DNA from: an uncultured cyanobacterium | GTDB taxonomy: Bacteria; Cyanobacteriota; Cyanobacteriia; PCC-6307; Cyanobiaceae | Assembly: GCA_963697335.1 (NCBI GenBank) | Contig: CAVONQ010000002.1 | Location: forward strand, 192,001 to 256,000 | DNA length: 64,000 nucleotides | Reading direction: 5' to 3' | Part shown: piece after piece, positions 34,951 to 47,296 of the stretch | Numbering within the stretch: the first letter of the stretch is position 1 | Layout of the letters: each line of letters starts with the position of its first letter | Notes under the pieces: generated by a model | What the model saw: only the letters and a program-made list of their open reading frames with translations | What the model was told of the DNA's origin: nothing | The model's database searches: none | Translations under genes and position numbers: made by a program

Positions 34951-35163
34951 TTGAGTGTTGCCATGACGGCCCCTGTCCCCTGGAGCCTGGCCTGGAGCGA
35001 AGACGGCGAGCTGGCTCCCCAGGATCGCTTTGATCTCTTCCAGAGCCTGGTGCAGACCGAGAGCCAGGATGTTCAGGCTTCGCTGATCGCGGCCGTGGAG
35101 GTCATGGCGCTGACCGAGGTCAGCGCCAGCCACTGCACCAGTGTCACCAGGCTCTGGGCCTGA
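34951..35163 (+). CDS. small hypothetical protein
   Basis: 70 aa ORF (in-frame ATG at 34963) WSLAWSEDGELAPQDRFDL..; fills gap, typical codon usage. Confidence 0.55.
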   Translation: MSVAMTAPVPWSLAWSEDGELAPQDRFDLFQSLVQTESQDVQASLIAAVEVMALTEVSASHCTSVTRLWA

Positions 35164-35175
35164 GCGGGGCTGGAT

Positions 35176-37170
<1,995 letters not shown>

Positions 37171-37431
37171 TCGAGCCTGTCAGGCCAGGGCCTGGTGGAA
37201 TCCTTCTTCGCAGGACGGCAGATGCCCAGATGGAGGGAACCGCTGGACCGTCAAGGGGGTGTCGTCGCTGTGGGCTCCCGCCGGTCGATGACATGCACGA
37301 CGCTGAGGCGATGGGCTGAGGAGCCGTTGCCCTTGCTGCCGTTGAGATCACGCCAATGGGCGTGAATCTCCTTGAAATCCTTGAGTTCTTGAAAATCCTT
37401 AGAACTGCCTAGCCCTTGAGAAAGGGTGAAA

Positions 37432-39045
37432 TCAAACCTTATCACCCTGGGGTGTGATCAGCTCCGCTCGATGTCTGGCGCGGGTCAGGGCGGTGTACAG
37501 CAGGCGGTCACTGGGGCGGCCCGTGTCCGGCATCAGGATCCACACCTCCTCGGCTTCGCTGCCCTGGGCCTTGTGCACCGTGAGGGCCAGGGCAGGCTGC
37601 AGCGCCGGCAGCTGGGCCGGGTGGAGCCAGAGGTGCTCGCCGCCGCCCACGCCGAACAGCAGGCGAGGCTCCTGCCCCTCCGCCGGGGCCGCCATGATAC
37701 CCACATCGCCGTTGGCCAGGCCCAGCTCGATCAGGTTGTGCTGGCAGAGCACCGGCGTTCCCAGCGGCCACTGCTGCACCGGTTGCTCCAGGCGCTCGCC
37801 CAGCAGGGCCCGATGGATCGCCTCCACCCCCCAACGTCCGCGGCGCACGGGGGTGAGCACCAGCAGGGCATCGAGCTGGGCCAGCAGCAGGGCCTCGGCC
37901 TGCTGCTCCCCTGGCCTGGTCCCGTCGCAGAGCCGGCGCAGCTCCTGCTGCTGCCGCTGCAGCCGCTCCAGCAGTTCCCGCGGCAGCCGCCGGGGAGAGG
38001 CCTGCCGCCAGGCCAGGTTGTCATTGGGCTGCAGCTGGCGCAGTTGGGGGATCAGATGGCGCCAGTCGCCTGATCCCTGCGGCGCTGCGTCCACCGGCTT
38101 GGGGCCAGGGCTGGGCCGCAGGCTTGCCGCCACCTCCGCGATGGCGCCGCCGTTGCGGTAGGTGGTGCGCAGCTCCACCGCGGCGGGGCCCAGGGCCCGC
38201 CGCCTGTCGGCACGCTGCAGCTCCAGCAGCACCGGCCCGGGGCCCACCGGCGGTAGCTGGGCGCCATCGCCCACCAGCACCAGGCTGGCCTGGGTTGGCA
38301 GCGCCTCCAGCACCGCCTGCATCAGGGCCAGGTCCACCATCGACACCTCATCGATCACGAGCAGATCCAGCTCCAGAGGGTGCTGGCGGTTGCGCCCGAA
38401 GCGCTCTCCCTGGCTCTCCAGCAGGCGATGCAGGGTGGTGCAGGGCACCACCTCGGTGCGGGCCAGGCTGGCCCGCAGTCGGGCCGCGGCCTTGCCGGTG
38501 GGTGCCGCCAGGTGGATGCGGGCGCCGGGGCTCCGCAGGCGCACCGCCTCCAGCATCCCCGCCACGGTGCTGGTTTTGCCGGTGCCCGGCCCCCCTTCCA
38601 GCAGCACGAGCTGGTGGTTCAGCACCGCTGCCACCGCCCGCTGCTGGTCGGCATCGAGCCTGCCCGCGGCCGGGATGGCCCCAACCTCTTCCGGTACGGG
38701 TACGGCCCGGGCCCGCTGGATCAGGGCCTCCAGCACCTGCTGGCGCTGCGCGTGCCAGCGCCGCCACACCAGCCGCTCACCCTCCAGAACCAGGGGCCCC
38801 CAGGGGTCGCTGGCCAGGGGCGAGGCCGCCACGGCCCGGAGCTGCTCGGGATCGGCCAGCACCAGCTCCAGCTGGCCCTCCGCCAGGGCAATGGTCAGGG
38901 CCGCCATCACGGCGTCCAGGGCCGGATCGCTCGGGCAGCCATGCAGCCGCGGCAGGGCCTCCTGGAGCGAGGCAGCCAGGGCGACAAGCCAGGCCGGCCG
39001 CAGGTCGCCGGCGGGGTCGGGCAGGGCAGCGGGGGAGCGGGTCAT
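37432..39045 (-). CDS. recD: exodeoxyribonuclease V alpha subunit
   Basis: GGPGTGKT, APTGKAA, DEVSMVD, TVHKAQGSE, LLYTALTRAR. Confidence 0.93.
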   Translation of the reverse strand: MTRSPAALPDPAGDLRPAWLVALAASLQEALPRLHGCPSDPALDAVMAALTIALAEGQLELVLADPEQLRAVAASPLASDPWGPLVLEGERLVWRRWHAQRQQVLEALIQRARAVPVPEEVGAIPAAGRLDADQQRAVAAVLNHQLVLLEGGPGTGKTSTVAGMLEAVRLRSPGARIHLAAPTGKAAARLRASLARTEVVPCTTLHRLLESQGERFGRNRQHPLELDLLVIDEVSMVDLALMQAVLEALPTQASLVLVGDGAQLPPVGPGPVLLELQRADRRRALGPAAVELRTTYRNGGAIAEVAASLRPSPGPKPVDAAPQGSGDWRHLIPQLRQLQPNDNLAWRQASPRRLPRELLERLQRQQQELRRLCDGTRPGEQQAEALLLAQLDALLVLTPVRRGRWGVEAIHRALLGERLEQPVQQWPLGTPVLCQHNLIELGLANGDVGIMAAPAEGQEPRLLFGVGGGEHLWLHPAQLPALQPALALTVHKAQGSEAEEVWILMPDTGRPSDRLLYTALTRARHRAELITPQGDKV

Positions 39046-42000
39046 GCCTCCCCCTCCAGCACCTGATTCAGGGCCAGCAGGCGCTCCAGAGGCGGGGTCT
39101 CCACCGCCAGCCCGGGTAGCAGCACGGCCTTGGCGGCTTGGCGCTGCGCCCGCTGCGTCGGCCCCGGCACGCCCCGCAGGAAAACGTAGGCGTAGCCGCC
39201 CAGGTGGCAGGCAGGGTCGTAGCCGGGCAGGCGCCAGCGCAGGTAGCGGTGCAGGGCCACCAGATAGAGGTGGGCCTGCAGCGGGTAGTGGTTCGCGGCC
39301 ATCAGGGCGGCCAGGGCGTCAGGCCCGTAGTGGCGGGGGCCGCAGCCCAGGGGCTGGCCCTCGGCATCCCGCTCGCCCAGCCAGTTGCTCTTCCAGTCGA
39401 GCACCCACCAGCGCTCGCCCTGGCGGAACACCAGGTCGATCGAGCCTGTCAGGAAGCCGCGGCTGTGCACATCCAGCAGGGTCAGCCGCTCGGCGTAGTC
39501 GCCACCGAAAGGACCGCCGGGGTGGTCGCGGAATGGCCGGGCCAAGGCCTGGGCCCGCACCAGGCCGAGGGGCAGATCGAAGCCCATCTCGTTCAGCCGC
39601 TCCGCCTGGGGCAGTTGGGCCAGCTGGAAGGTCCCCAGGGGACCACCCAGGGGGCTCAACCGCAGCTGGTCCAGCCCGCAGAGCAGGCCCTCCAGGTGGC
39701 TGGCGGCGATGCCGCTGCGCTGCAGTTCGCGCCCCACCAGCTCGGCCTGGGCGGCGGCGGGTTGCTGGTAGTCGAGCTGCTCCAGGATGCGGTGCAGGCA
39801 ATCGCCTGCCTGGGAGCCGCGGGGGAAATCCGCCAGGGGGCTCTCAGCCGGCCACGACTCTTCGGAGGGTTCCCCAGGGGGCTCGCCGGCCCCGGAGGCG
39901 CTCAGGGGCTCGGGCAGCTCGGGCTCCAGGGCGAGGCCATCGGTTTCGCGGCCCTCCTCCAGGGTCTGGGGGGCGGCGGCGTGGCTGCCCCGGGTCCAGC
40001 TGGTGTAGCTGCTGCGGCCCCAGGTGCGATCGAGAGGATGGGTAGGCACCGGCCCCACGGCCAGCTCCGGGCCCACCGCAGCCGCTGGCGCCACCAGCAC
40101 GGGTGCGCCCGGATCGGGAAGGTCGCGCAGCCGCAGCGGCAGAGTCCGCCTGGCAATCTCCTGGTCGAGGCGCTGGCGCAGCTCCTGGTCGGAGGGGCCG
40201 GTGTAGGGATCGTCGCCCAGCCCGGGCGGGGGCTCCTGGCCGAACAGCCAGCCGTGCAGGGGGTTGCCCTGCTGCTCCTTGACCGGACCCCAGGCGAGCA
40301 GCAGGCGTCGCCGGGCCCTGGTGCAGGCCACGTAGGCCCGCCGCTCCGCCTCCTGCAGTTCGGCCTCGCCGTGCTGCAGCCGGGCCTGGCAGCCCCGGCC
40401 CCAGTGGGCGTTCAGGTGCAGGTCGAGCACCGGTGCGGGGTGGTCCGGCGGCTGCCAGCGCAGGCCCGGGTCCGGGGGCCGGCGGCTAGGGGCCTTCCAC
40501 AGGTAGGGACAGAGCACCACGGGGTATTCGAGGCCCTTGCTGCGGTGGATCGTCACCACCCACACAGCCCCATCCTCCACGTCGCTGTGGGGCTGGTGGG
40601 TCTCGGGGGGATCGGGGTCCGGCTCCAGGCGCCGCTGCCGCAGCCAGTCGGCGGCGGCGGCCGGCCCCAGCTGGTGGCTGTGCAGCTGCTCCTGCACCAG
40701 GGCAGCGCACTGCTGCAGATCGGCCAGCAGCCTGCCGCCCGGGGCGAGCCGGGCCAGACCAGGGGCGTCGAGCAAGGCGGCCAGCACCCCCATCAGCCCG
40801 CGGCGTTGCAGCTGCTCGGTGCCGCTGGCCAGCTCGGCGGCCAGGGCGCTCCACCGCTCCGGGCTGGCCGCGGCCAGCTCCGCCGCACTCCAGCCCAGCA
40901 GCGGCGAGGCCGCCAGCAGCCGCAGCCGGCGGGGATGGCCTGGGTGGGCGAGGGCATCCAGCAGGTGCTGCAGGGCGGTGGCCCCCGGGCTGGTGAACAC
41001 ATCGCCGTCCATCACCAGCCGGCTGGCGATCCGGCAGCGCTCCAGGGCCGCCCGCAGCTGCTCGGCCTGGCGGTGGGTGTTCACCAGCAGGCAGATGTCC
41101 TGGGGGACCTCGCCGCCAGCGATCAGCTCCGCCACCACCCGGGCCACCTGGCTGGGCAGCCGTTTCTCCAGCTCCGTGCTGCTCTGGGGGGCCTCGCCGT
41201 CGCCCCCGCCACTGCCCACCCACAGCAGCTCCAGGCTGCTGGCCGGCTCCAGGAGTCCTGGGGCCGCCTGGCCTGGCCTGGGCTCCACCTCGGGCACCTT
41301 CAGGCCGGAGCGGCGCAGGCCCGGCGCCATCAGGCCGTTGAGGGCCTCGATCAGGGTGCCGGTGGCGCGGTAGTTGGTGCTGAGGGCGCTGACGCCCCCG
41401 CTCGCTTCTGCCGCAGCGGCCGCAAGCCTGTAAGTGGCCAGCTCGCCGCCGCGGAAGCGGTAGATCGCCTGCTTGGGATCGCCCACCAGCACCAGCCGGT
41501 GCCGCTCCGGACTGAAAGCCCGCGACAGGATCCGCCACTGGATCGGATCGGTGTCCTGGAACTCGTCGATCAGGGCGGCGGCGTAGCGCTGCGCCACGGC
41601 CTCCAGCAGGGGGGAGGGGGTGTGGGGGTCCTCGCCCGGATCCAGGCTCTCCAGCAGCTGGCCGTAGCCCATGCGGCCGCTGCGCTCTCGCCGCCGGGCC
41701 AGCTCGCGGCGGCCCCAGTGGCAGGCATGCAGCAGCAGCGCCTCGGCCGGACCCTCCAGCAGGGCTGCCACGGCCTCCATCAGGGGCCGCTCCGGCAGGC
41801 TCGGGTCCCGGCCGCCGGGGGCTGACGGGTCGGCCTCGATCGGCCTGGCCCGCTTCAGGAAGGCGCCAGGGTGGAAGTACTCGTTGAGTTCCTTCTGGGC
41901 CAGGCAGGCGGCGTGGTCACCGCCGTCCGGCTGGCCCGCGATCCAGGCGCTCAGGATGGCGCAGCGGTCCTTTCTGGGGCGAGGGGAGTAGGGAGTGATC

Positions 42001-42803
42001 GTGCTGATCCCCCTGGAGCGCCAGTCGGCCGCCGTGCTGCACAGGCTGCTCTCCAGGGTCTGGCCGTGCTGGGCCCAGAGGTCGCAGAAGTTGGTCCAGC
42101 TGCTCCCCCAGAGGCCCACCAGCTGGTCGGTCAGGGGCTTGTGGGCCTCCATCCCCTCGGGAAGGGGGTCGAGGGAGAGGGCGGGATCGCCATCCAGCCG
42201 CGCCAGCAGCTGCACCAGGGTCTGCGGGCCCTTGAGCCGCTTCTGCAGCCCCGCCAGCAGGTGGGCCGGCAGGGCCAGCACCTGCTGACGCCAGTAGTCG
42301 TGGCACACCTGCCGCAGCAGGGGGGCGGAATCGGTGTCGAGCTGCAGCTCGGGCGGATGGCCCGACTCCAGGGCATGGCGCTGCAGGGTGCGCAGGCAGA
42401 AGCCGTGGATGGTGGTGATGTCGGCCCCATCGAGGTCTTCGAGGGCCAGCAGTAGGGGCGCCCGCAGGGCCTGGGCCCGGGGCCGGGCCCAGGCGAGCCA
42501 GTCCGCCAGGGCGGGATCCACGCCCGCCCCATGGCCCGCTCCATCACCCTGCCCAGCTCCCGCCCTCTCCTCCAGGCCGCTGAGGGCCTGCTGCAGGCGG
42601 CGGCCGATCCGTTCGCGCAGTTCGGCGGCCGCGGCGTTGGTGAAGGTCACCACCAGCAGCTGATTCAGGGGCAGCTCGGCCTCGCTCACGAAGCGCAGCA
42701 CCAGATGGGCCAGGGAGAAGGTTTTGCCGGTGCCGGCGCTCGCCTCCAGCAGCCTCAGCCCCGGCGTCAGCGGAAAGCGGTTGGCCTCGAAGACGGCCCT
42801 CAT
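39042..42803 (-). CDS. recB: exodeoxyribonuclease V beta subunit
   Basis: LEASAGTGKT, DEFQDTD, GDPKQAIYRFRG, nuclease IDLVF..DWKSN, YPLQ. Confidence 0.95.
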   Translation of the reverse strand: MRAVFEANRFPLTPGLRLLEASAGTGKTFSLAHLVLRFVSEAELPLNQLLVVTFTNAAAAELRERIGRRLQQALSGLEERAGAGQGDGAGHGAGVDPALADWLAWARPRAQALRAPLLLALEDLDGADITTIHGFCLRTLQRHALESGHPPELQLDTDSAPLLRQVCHDYWRQQVLALPAHLLAGLQKRLKGPQTLVQLLARLDGDPALSLDPLPEGMEAHKPLTDQLVGLWGSSWTNFCDLWAQHGQTLESSLCSTAADWRSRGISTITPYSPRPRKDRCAILSAWIAGQPDGGDHAACLAQKELNEYFHPGAFLKRARPIEADPSAPGGRDPSLPERPLMEAVAALLEGPAEALLLHACHWGRRELARRRERSGRMGYGQLLESLDPGEDPHTPSPLLEAVAQRYAAALIDEFQDTDPIQWRILSRAFSPERHRLVLVGDPKQAIYRFRGGELATYRLAAAAAEASGGVSALSTNYRATGTLIEALNGLMAPGLRRSGLKVPEVEPRPGQAAPGLLEPASSLELLWVGSGGGDGEAPQSSTELEKRLPSQVARVVAELIAGGEVPQDICLLVNTHRQAEQLRAALERCRIASRLVMDGDVFTSPGATALQHLLDALAHPGHPRRLRLLAASPLLGWSAAELAAASPERWSALAAELASGTEQLQRRGLMGVLAALLDAPGLARLAPGGRLLADLQQCAALVQEQLHSHQLGPAAAADWLRQRRLEPDPDPPETHQPHSDVEDGAVWVVTIHRSKGLEYPVVLCPYLWKAPSRRPPDPGLRWQPPDHPAPVLDLHLNAHWGRGCQARLQHGEAELQEAERRAYVACTRARRRLLLAWGPVKEQQGNPLHGWLFGQEPPPGLGDDPYTGPSDQELRQRLDQEIARRTLPLRLRDLPDPGAPVLVAPAAAVGPELAVGPVPTHPLDRTWGRSSYTSWTRGSHAAAPQTLEEGRETDGLALEPELPEPLSASGAGEPPGEPSEESWPAESPLADFPRGSQAGDCLHRILEQLDYQQPAAAQAELVGRELQRSGIAASHLEGLLCGLDQLRLSPLGGPLGTFQLAQLPQAERLNEMGFDLPLGLVRAQALARPFRDHPGGPFGGDYAERLTLLDVHSRGFLTGSIDLVFRQGERWWVLDWKSNWLGERDAEGQPLGCGPRHYGPDALAALMAANHYPLQAHLYLVALHRYLRWRLPGYDPACHLGGYAYVFLRGVPGPTQRAQRQAAKAVLLPGLAVETPPLERLLALNQVLEGEA

Positions 42804-45800
42804 GCCAGCCGCTCCAGCATGGGATCGAGCAGCTCGGCGGCCAGCTCCCGCACCGGGTTCTGCTCCAGCAGGACCACCCCCGGCAGCTCAGCCCCGAAAC
42901 AGAGGGCCTGCTCGGGCTCCAGCCGCTCACCAGGCACCTGGAAGCTCCCCTCCCAGCGGTTGATCGCGGCGCCCTCGTCCTTCAGCAGCAACGCCCAGCC
43001 CGTCTCCGGCGGCACCGGCCAGCAGCGCTGCCGCCACTGCTGCCGCAGGGCCGCCAGGCGCTCCAGTTCGGCCCGGGCGCCTTCCGCATCGGGGGCCTGG
43101 AGCTCCAGCTCCTTCCCGAATCCCTTGCTGCCGCGGGCCAGCAGCACGGCCCCGCTGGGCTGCTGATCGGCCGCGGCGGCCAGCAGTAGCCGCAGCCACA
43201 GCTCCAGCCGCTGGCGGCTGTGGGCCCGGGCGGTGTGCACGAGCACCACGCTGCTGCCGCGCCAGGGCAGCTCCTGCTGCCAGGACTGCCAACTGGCCAG
43301 CCGCTGCTGCGCCGGTCCCAGGGTCTCCAGGGCCTCGGTGAGGTCGCGCCAGCGTTGCGCCAGCCCCTCGGCCTCCAGTTCTCCTCCCGCCAGGGGCGGC
43401 AGCAGGCCGCGCCCCCGCTGGGCCTCAAGCCAGCTGCCGGCCTCAGCCAGGCGATCGTCCGCCGGATCGGCCGGGCAGGTCTCGCCCCGGCCCAGGGCCT
43501 GGCGCAGCAGGGAGGAGCGCTGGCGCTCGTCCAGGGCGGCGGCGTCCAGATCCTCGATGGCCTCGCTCCACTCCTTCGGCTGCAGCCCGAGCGACTCCAG
43601 CCAGCTCCCCTGGGGTTGCGCCAACCAGTGGCGCAGGTCTTCGTAGAGGCTGGGGGAGGGGGGGGTGCTTGACGCGATGCTCTCCGGGGCGGCCGTGGCT
43701 GCCAGGGCCCGCAGCAGCGGGGGGGGCTGCGGCCGATCCAGCAGCTGCCGGGCCGCCAGCCGGCGGCGGTCGCAGCTGGCCGGCGGCCCCTCCGCCGTCG
43801 GCAGGAAGTTGGCGCGCTCGAGGGGGTTGGCGGGATGCTCCTGCACCAGCCCCGAGGGGCCTGAGGCCGGGCTGAGGGCGCTCTCCAGCCAGGCGATCCA
43901 CTGGCTCACCGGGGTAGCGGGCTGCAGCGGCTCCCCCTTGCGCTCGTCGCGGCAGTTCCAGGTGATCAGCAGGTGGTCGCGCGCCGAGAGCAGGGCCTCC
44001 AGCAGGGCGTAGCGATCCTGATCCGCCGGGCTGGGATCGCCCAGCTGCCGCTGCCGCTCCAGGTGGTGAAACCCAGGCCGCCGGCTCTGGCGCGGAAAGC
44101 TGCCCCCATCGAGGCCCATCAGCACGATCACCCGGTGGGGAATCGCCCGCATCGGCTCCAGGGCACTGATCGTGAGCGCCCCACTGCGGTGGCCGAACCG
44201 GCCGGCCTCCTCGGCCAGCCGCTCCTCCAGCACTGCCGCCACCACGGGAGCCGCGAGTTGCAGCTCACAGCCGGCAGCGGCCCGCTGCCAGTCGTCGATG
44301 GCGGCCAGCAGCGGTGGCAGCTCCCAGGCCGCATCGCCTGCGTCGCCGAACAGATCCTCCAGGCCGGCCTGCAGGCTCCTGGCCCAGGCGCCACTGCTGC
44401 GGGGCCGCCGCCACCGCTCCAGCCAGTGGCGCAGCCGGCCGAGCAGATGCAGCCAGCGCCCCAGCAGCTCCAGGCTGGTGCCAGCGGCAAACGGCGCCGT
44501 CTCGGCCGGGGCCAGGCCGGGCGTCTCGGGCAGCACCAGCCCCAGCAGCAGCCGGTCGATCGCCCAGCTGAGGCTGCCGCAGGCCTCGCCGCCCCGCTCG
44601 AGGCCATCCAGTCCCCAGCGGAACCCCAGCCGCTGCAGGTTGCGGTGCAGGTCGGCCATCTCCTCGGCGCTGAGCTGGAAGCGCTGCCGCAGGGCTGGGC
44701 TCTCCAGCAGGGCCTGCAGCGAGGAGGCGGTGAGCCGCTCCCCCGCCTGGCGTACCAGGGCCAGCAGGCTGGGGCCCAGACCGGCCTGGCCCTGCTGGCT
44801 GCGATCGGTGAGACGCCAGTCGAGCGCCACCCCGGTGGCCTCGCGGTCGCCGAACACCGAGGCCACCAGCGGCGCGAAGGCATCCACCTGGGGCGTCATC
44901 ACCAGCACGTCCCGGGGCTGCAGGCTGGGGTCGTCATGCAGCAGCTGCAGGATGCGGTCCCGCACCAGCTCCAGCTGGCGCAGCCGCCCCGGACAGGCGT
45001 GGAATTCCAGTGAGCGATCGCCCCTGGTGGCGCGCTCCAGTTCGGGGGTGCTGGCGGGATCGACCAGCTGGCGCTGCAGCTGGCGCAGCAGCGGTGCCGG
45101 CTGCCCCGGGTCGGCGGGGCCGGTAGGGGAGGTCAGGCTGGTGGGATCCAGGAAGAGGTCCCCCTGCTGGCTCGCCCCCAGCTGGCCCTGGCCCGTGCCC
45201 TCCAGGAGCTGCTGAAACTCTGCCCCCAGGCGCCCGAAGCGGGCCTCCAATCCCCCCGCCTGGGCCAGCCAGTCCGCCCCGAGGGGCTGGCGCAGGGCCA
45301 CGGCGTCGCTGAGCAGGGAGCGGCGGCTGCGGCAGTGCTGCCAGAGGTCGGGGCAGGGGGTGAGCAGGTACACCTCCACCGCCATGCGGCCACTGAGGGC
45401 GTGCAGCAGCTCCACCTGCACCGGGGCCATGCTGCTGAGGCCGAACAGGCGCAGGCGGGCGGGCAGCTCGGGGCAGGTGTCCGGGTGTTGCTGCAGCCGT
45501 GCCACGGCCTCCCGCACCCGCAGGCCGAAGGGCTTCACCCCGAGCTTCTGGCGCAGCAGCCGTACCAGCAGGGCCTGCCAGTCGCTGCCATCCTCCAACC
45601 CCTCCCACCACAGGCCCAGCAGGTCGGGGCGGTAGAGGGCGTAGTCGTCGAGGGCATCGGCGATGCAGCGGCCCAGCTGCCACTGGGCCAGCCCCAGCTC
45701 CTGGCCGGAATCGCCCCGTTGCTGCAGCCAGCGGCGCAGGGGGGCGGCGGCGGGCTCGTCCACCAGGGCGGGCAGCAGCTCCAGCACCGGCCACACCAGG

Positions 45801-46072
45801 TCGTTGGCTCGCCAGGGATCCCGCTCGCCGCCTTCCCCGCCCAGCACGGCCTCGAGCATCCGACGCAGCAGGCTGCCCGGGAAGGGGTAGCGGATGTTGG
45901 CGGCGATGCCCCCCAGCTCCACGGCCAGCTGCTCGCCCAGCCAGCGGCTGGTGGGCCAGGTGTTCACCACCACCTGCACCGTCTCCAGTGGCGGCGGCGG
46001 ATTCTCGCGAAGTTGCACGGCCAGCAGGCTGGCCAGGGTTTCGGCCCTGTTGCTTCGGAAGACGGTGAGCAC
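42800..46072 (-). CDS. recC: exodeoxyribonuclease V gamma subunit
   Basis: VLTVFRSNRAE start (GTG 46072), LEPMRAIPHRV, DRYALLEALLSAR; in operon with recB and recD. Confidence 0.93.
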   Translation of the reverse strand: MLTVFRSNRAETLASLLAVQLRENPPPPLETVQVVVNTWPTSRWLGEQLAVELGGIAANIRYPFPGSLLRRMLEAVLGGEGGERDPWRANDLVWPVLELLPALVDEPAAAPLRRWLQQRGDSGQELGLAQWQLGRCIADALDDYALYRPDLLGLWWEGLEDGSDWQALLVRLLRQKLGVKPFGLRVREAVARLQQHPDTCPELPARLRLFGLSSMAPVQVELLHALSGRMAVEVYLLTPCPDLWQHCRSRRSLLSDAVALRQPLGADWLAQAGGLEARFGRLGAEFQQLLEGTGQGQLGASQQGDLFLDPTSLTSPTGPADPGQPAPLLRQLQRQLVDPASTPELERATRGDRSLEFHACPGRLRQLELVRDRILQLLHDDPSLQPRDVLVMTPQVDAFAPLVASVFGDREATGVALDWRLTDRSQQGQAGLGPSLLALVRQAGERLTASSLQALLESPALRQRFQLSAEEMADLHRNLQRLGFRWGLDGLERGGEACGSLSWAIDRLLLGLVLPETPGLAPAETAPFAAGTSLELLGRWLHLLGRLRHWLERWRRPRSSGAWARSLQAGLEDLFGDAGDAAWELPPLLAAIDDWQRAAAGCELQLAAPVVAAVLEERLAEEAGRFGHRSGALTISALEPMRAIPHRVIVLMGLDGGSFPRQSRRPGFHHLERQRQLGDPSPADQDRYALLEALLSARDHLLITWNCRDERKGEPLQPATPVSQWIAWLESALSPASGPSGLVQEHPANPLERANFLPTAEGPPASCDRRRLAARQLLDRPQPPPLLRALAATAAPESIASSTPPSPSLYEDLRHWLAQPQGSWLESLGLQPKEWSEAIEDLDAAALDERQRSSLLRQALGRGETCPADPADDRLAEAGSWLEAQRGRGLLPPLAGGELEAEGLAQRWRDLTEALETLGPAQQRLASWQSWQQELPWRGSSVVLVHTARAHSRQRLELWLRLLLAAAADQQPSGAVLLARGSKGFGKELELQAPDAEGARAELERLAALRQQWRQRCWPVPPETGWALLLKDEGAAINRWEGSFQVPGERLEPEQALCFGAELPGVVLLEQNPVRELAAELLDPMLERLA

Positions 46073-46086
46073 GGCCGGCGCCCGGC

Positions 46087-46785
46087 TCAGGCCGGAGCGA
46101 CCAGGCGGGAGGGGGAAACCGGCGGGGGGGCTTGCCCTATGAACTGCGGGGCTCGGCCCATGAACCAGGGGCGGTCGCCGGCAACGCTGCGGGTGGCGCC
46201 GGTTTCGGGGCAATAGGCGGAGAGGCGGCCGCCATAGCAGGCGCCGGTGTCAATCAGCACGATCTGGCCCCGGTTCTTGCGCCGCACGGCCTTGCCGGGG
46301 GTGTGGGCCACGATCACGTCGCCGAAGCGACCGTCATAGGTGTCCCAGAAGGAGCTCCGCACCGTGAGCGAGGGCTCCCAGCTGTCGGGATCAAAGCCGG
46401 CGTGGGTGGCTACCCAACCGCTGCCCCAATACACCAGGGGCAGGGCATCCAGCCGCTCAAGCCAGAGGCGGCAGCCGCGATCCCCCAGCTGGCGGTAGGT
46501 GTCGCAGGCGGCCAGGACCTCGCGGGCGCTCGGGCCCCGCAGCTTCAGGGCGCGCACCAGGCTGGCCTCATGGTTGCCCTGGAGCCACACGGCGCGACCG
46601 CAGCAGACCAGCCCCCAGGCCAGTTCCATGCTGCGCTCGATCTGGGGCCCCCGATTGATCACATCGCCGCAGAGCACCAGCCGATCGCGCTCGGGCAGGA
46701 GACCGGCCAGCCGTTCCAGGGCGTCGGCGCAGCCATGAACGTCCCCGATCACCCAGTGGCGGGAGGGAACGGCGGGGGGCGTCAT
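46087..46785 (-). CDS. metallophosphoesterase (PPP-family Ser/Thr phosphatase-like)
   Basis: GDVHG, GDVINRG, GNHE, HAG, DTGACYGG; ATG at 46785. Confidence 0.88.
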   Translation of the reverse strand: MTPPAVPSRHWVIGDVHGCADALERLAGLLPERDRLVLCGDVINRGPQIERSMELAWGLVCCGRAVWLQGNHEASLVRALKLRGPSAREVLAACDTYRQLGDRGCRLWLERLDALPLVYWGSGWVATHAGFDPDSWEPSLTVRSSFWDTYDGRFGDVIVAHTPGKAVRRKNRGQIVLIDTGACYGGRLSAYCPETGATRSVAGDRPWFMGRAPQFIGQAPPPVSPSRLVAPA

Positions 46786-46924
46786 CAGGAGTCTGCGTTG
46801 GTACCAGTCTGGCCCCTGGCCGCCCGACCTGTCAGTAGTCGGTGCGAAACCACATGGCCCCAGGCCCTGGCCCGCAAGGCCAGGACAGCACTGGTACGGT
46901 TCGCCACACCTGCCACCGGGAGCC

Positions 46925-47290
46925 ATGGAGTTGCAGTCATTGACGGTGTTGCAGAGGGTGCAGGCCCTGGTGAAGGCCCTCAACGGCGCCCGCCGCACCA
47001 ACGAGGCCCTGGCCCGCTGCAGCAATGGCGAGGAGATGCTCGATGTGCTGCTCAACGCCTCCGCCAAGCTCGGTCTGGGCCTCAGCCGCGAGCAGCTGCG
47101 CGACACGCCGCCGATTCGTGACTGGGTGTGGTGGAAGAACAAGGAGGCCCTGCTCACCATCGGCGACAACAAGCCCCGCTATCAGCAGGATGGGGGCCAG
47201 GGACGGGCCAGGCCCGAGCCGGCCTCGAGCCCGGCAGACCCAGACCCAGCCGCGCCGCCCGAGCGCAAGCGCTTTTTCGGGCTGTTCTGA
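46925..47290 (+). CDS. hypothetical protein
   Basis: clean 121 aa ORF with GGAG RBS, PPIRDWVWWKNK motif. Confidence 0.7.
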   Translation: MELQSLTVLQRVQALVKALNGARRTNEALARCSNGEEMLDVLLNASAKLGLGLSREQLRDTPPIRDWVWWKNKEALLTIGDNKPRYQQDGGQGRARPEPASSPADPDPAAPPERKRFFGLF

Positions 47291-47296
47291 ACCGGC

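Noticed and set aside
37251..37445. 64 aa ORF containing KDFQELKDFKE
   Set aside because: Periodicity comes from the 9-bp DNA repeat; atypical codons; better explained as promoter/leader DNA.
43658..43665. G8 tract in recC (and C9 tract at 62017-62025) as phase-variation sites
   Set aside because: recC frame is intact and encodes a Pro-rich linker; short homopolymers are expected at this GC content; the second tract lies in a pseudogene.
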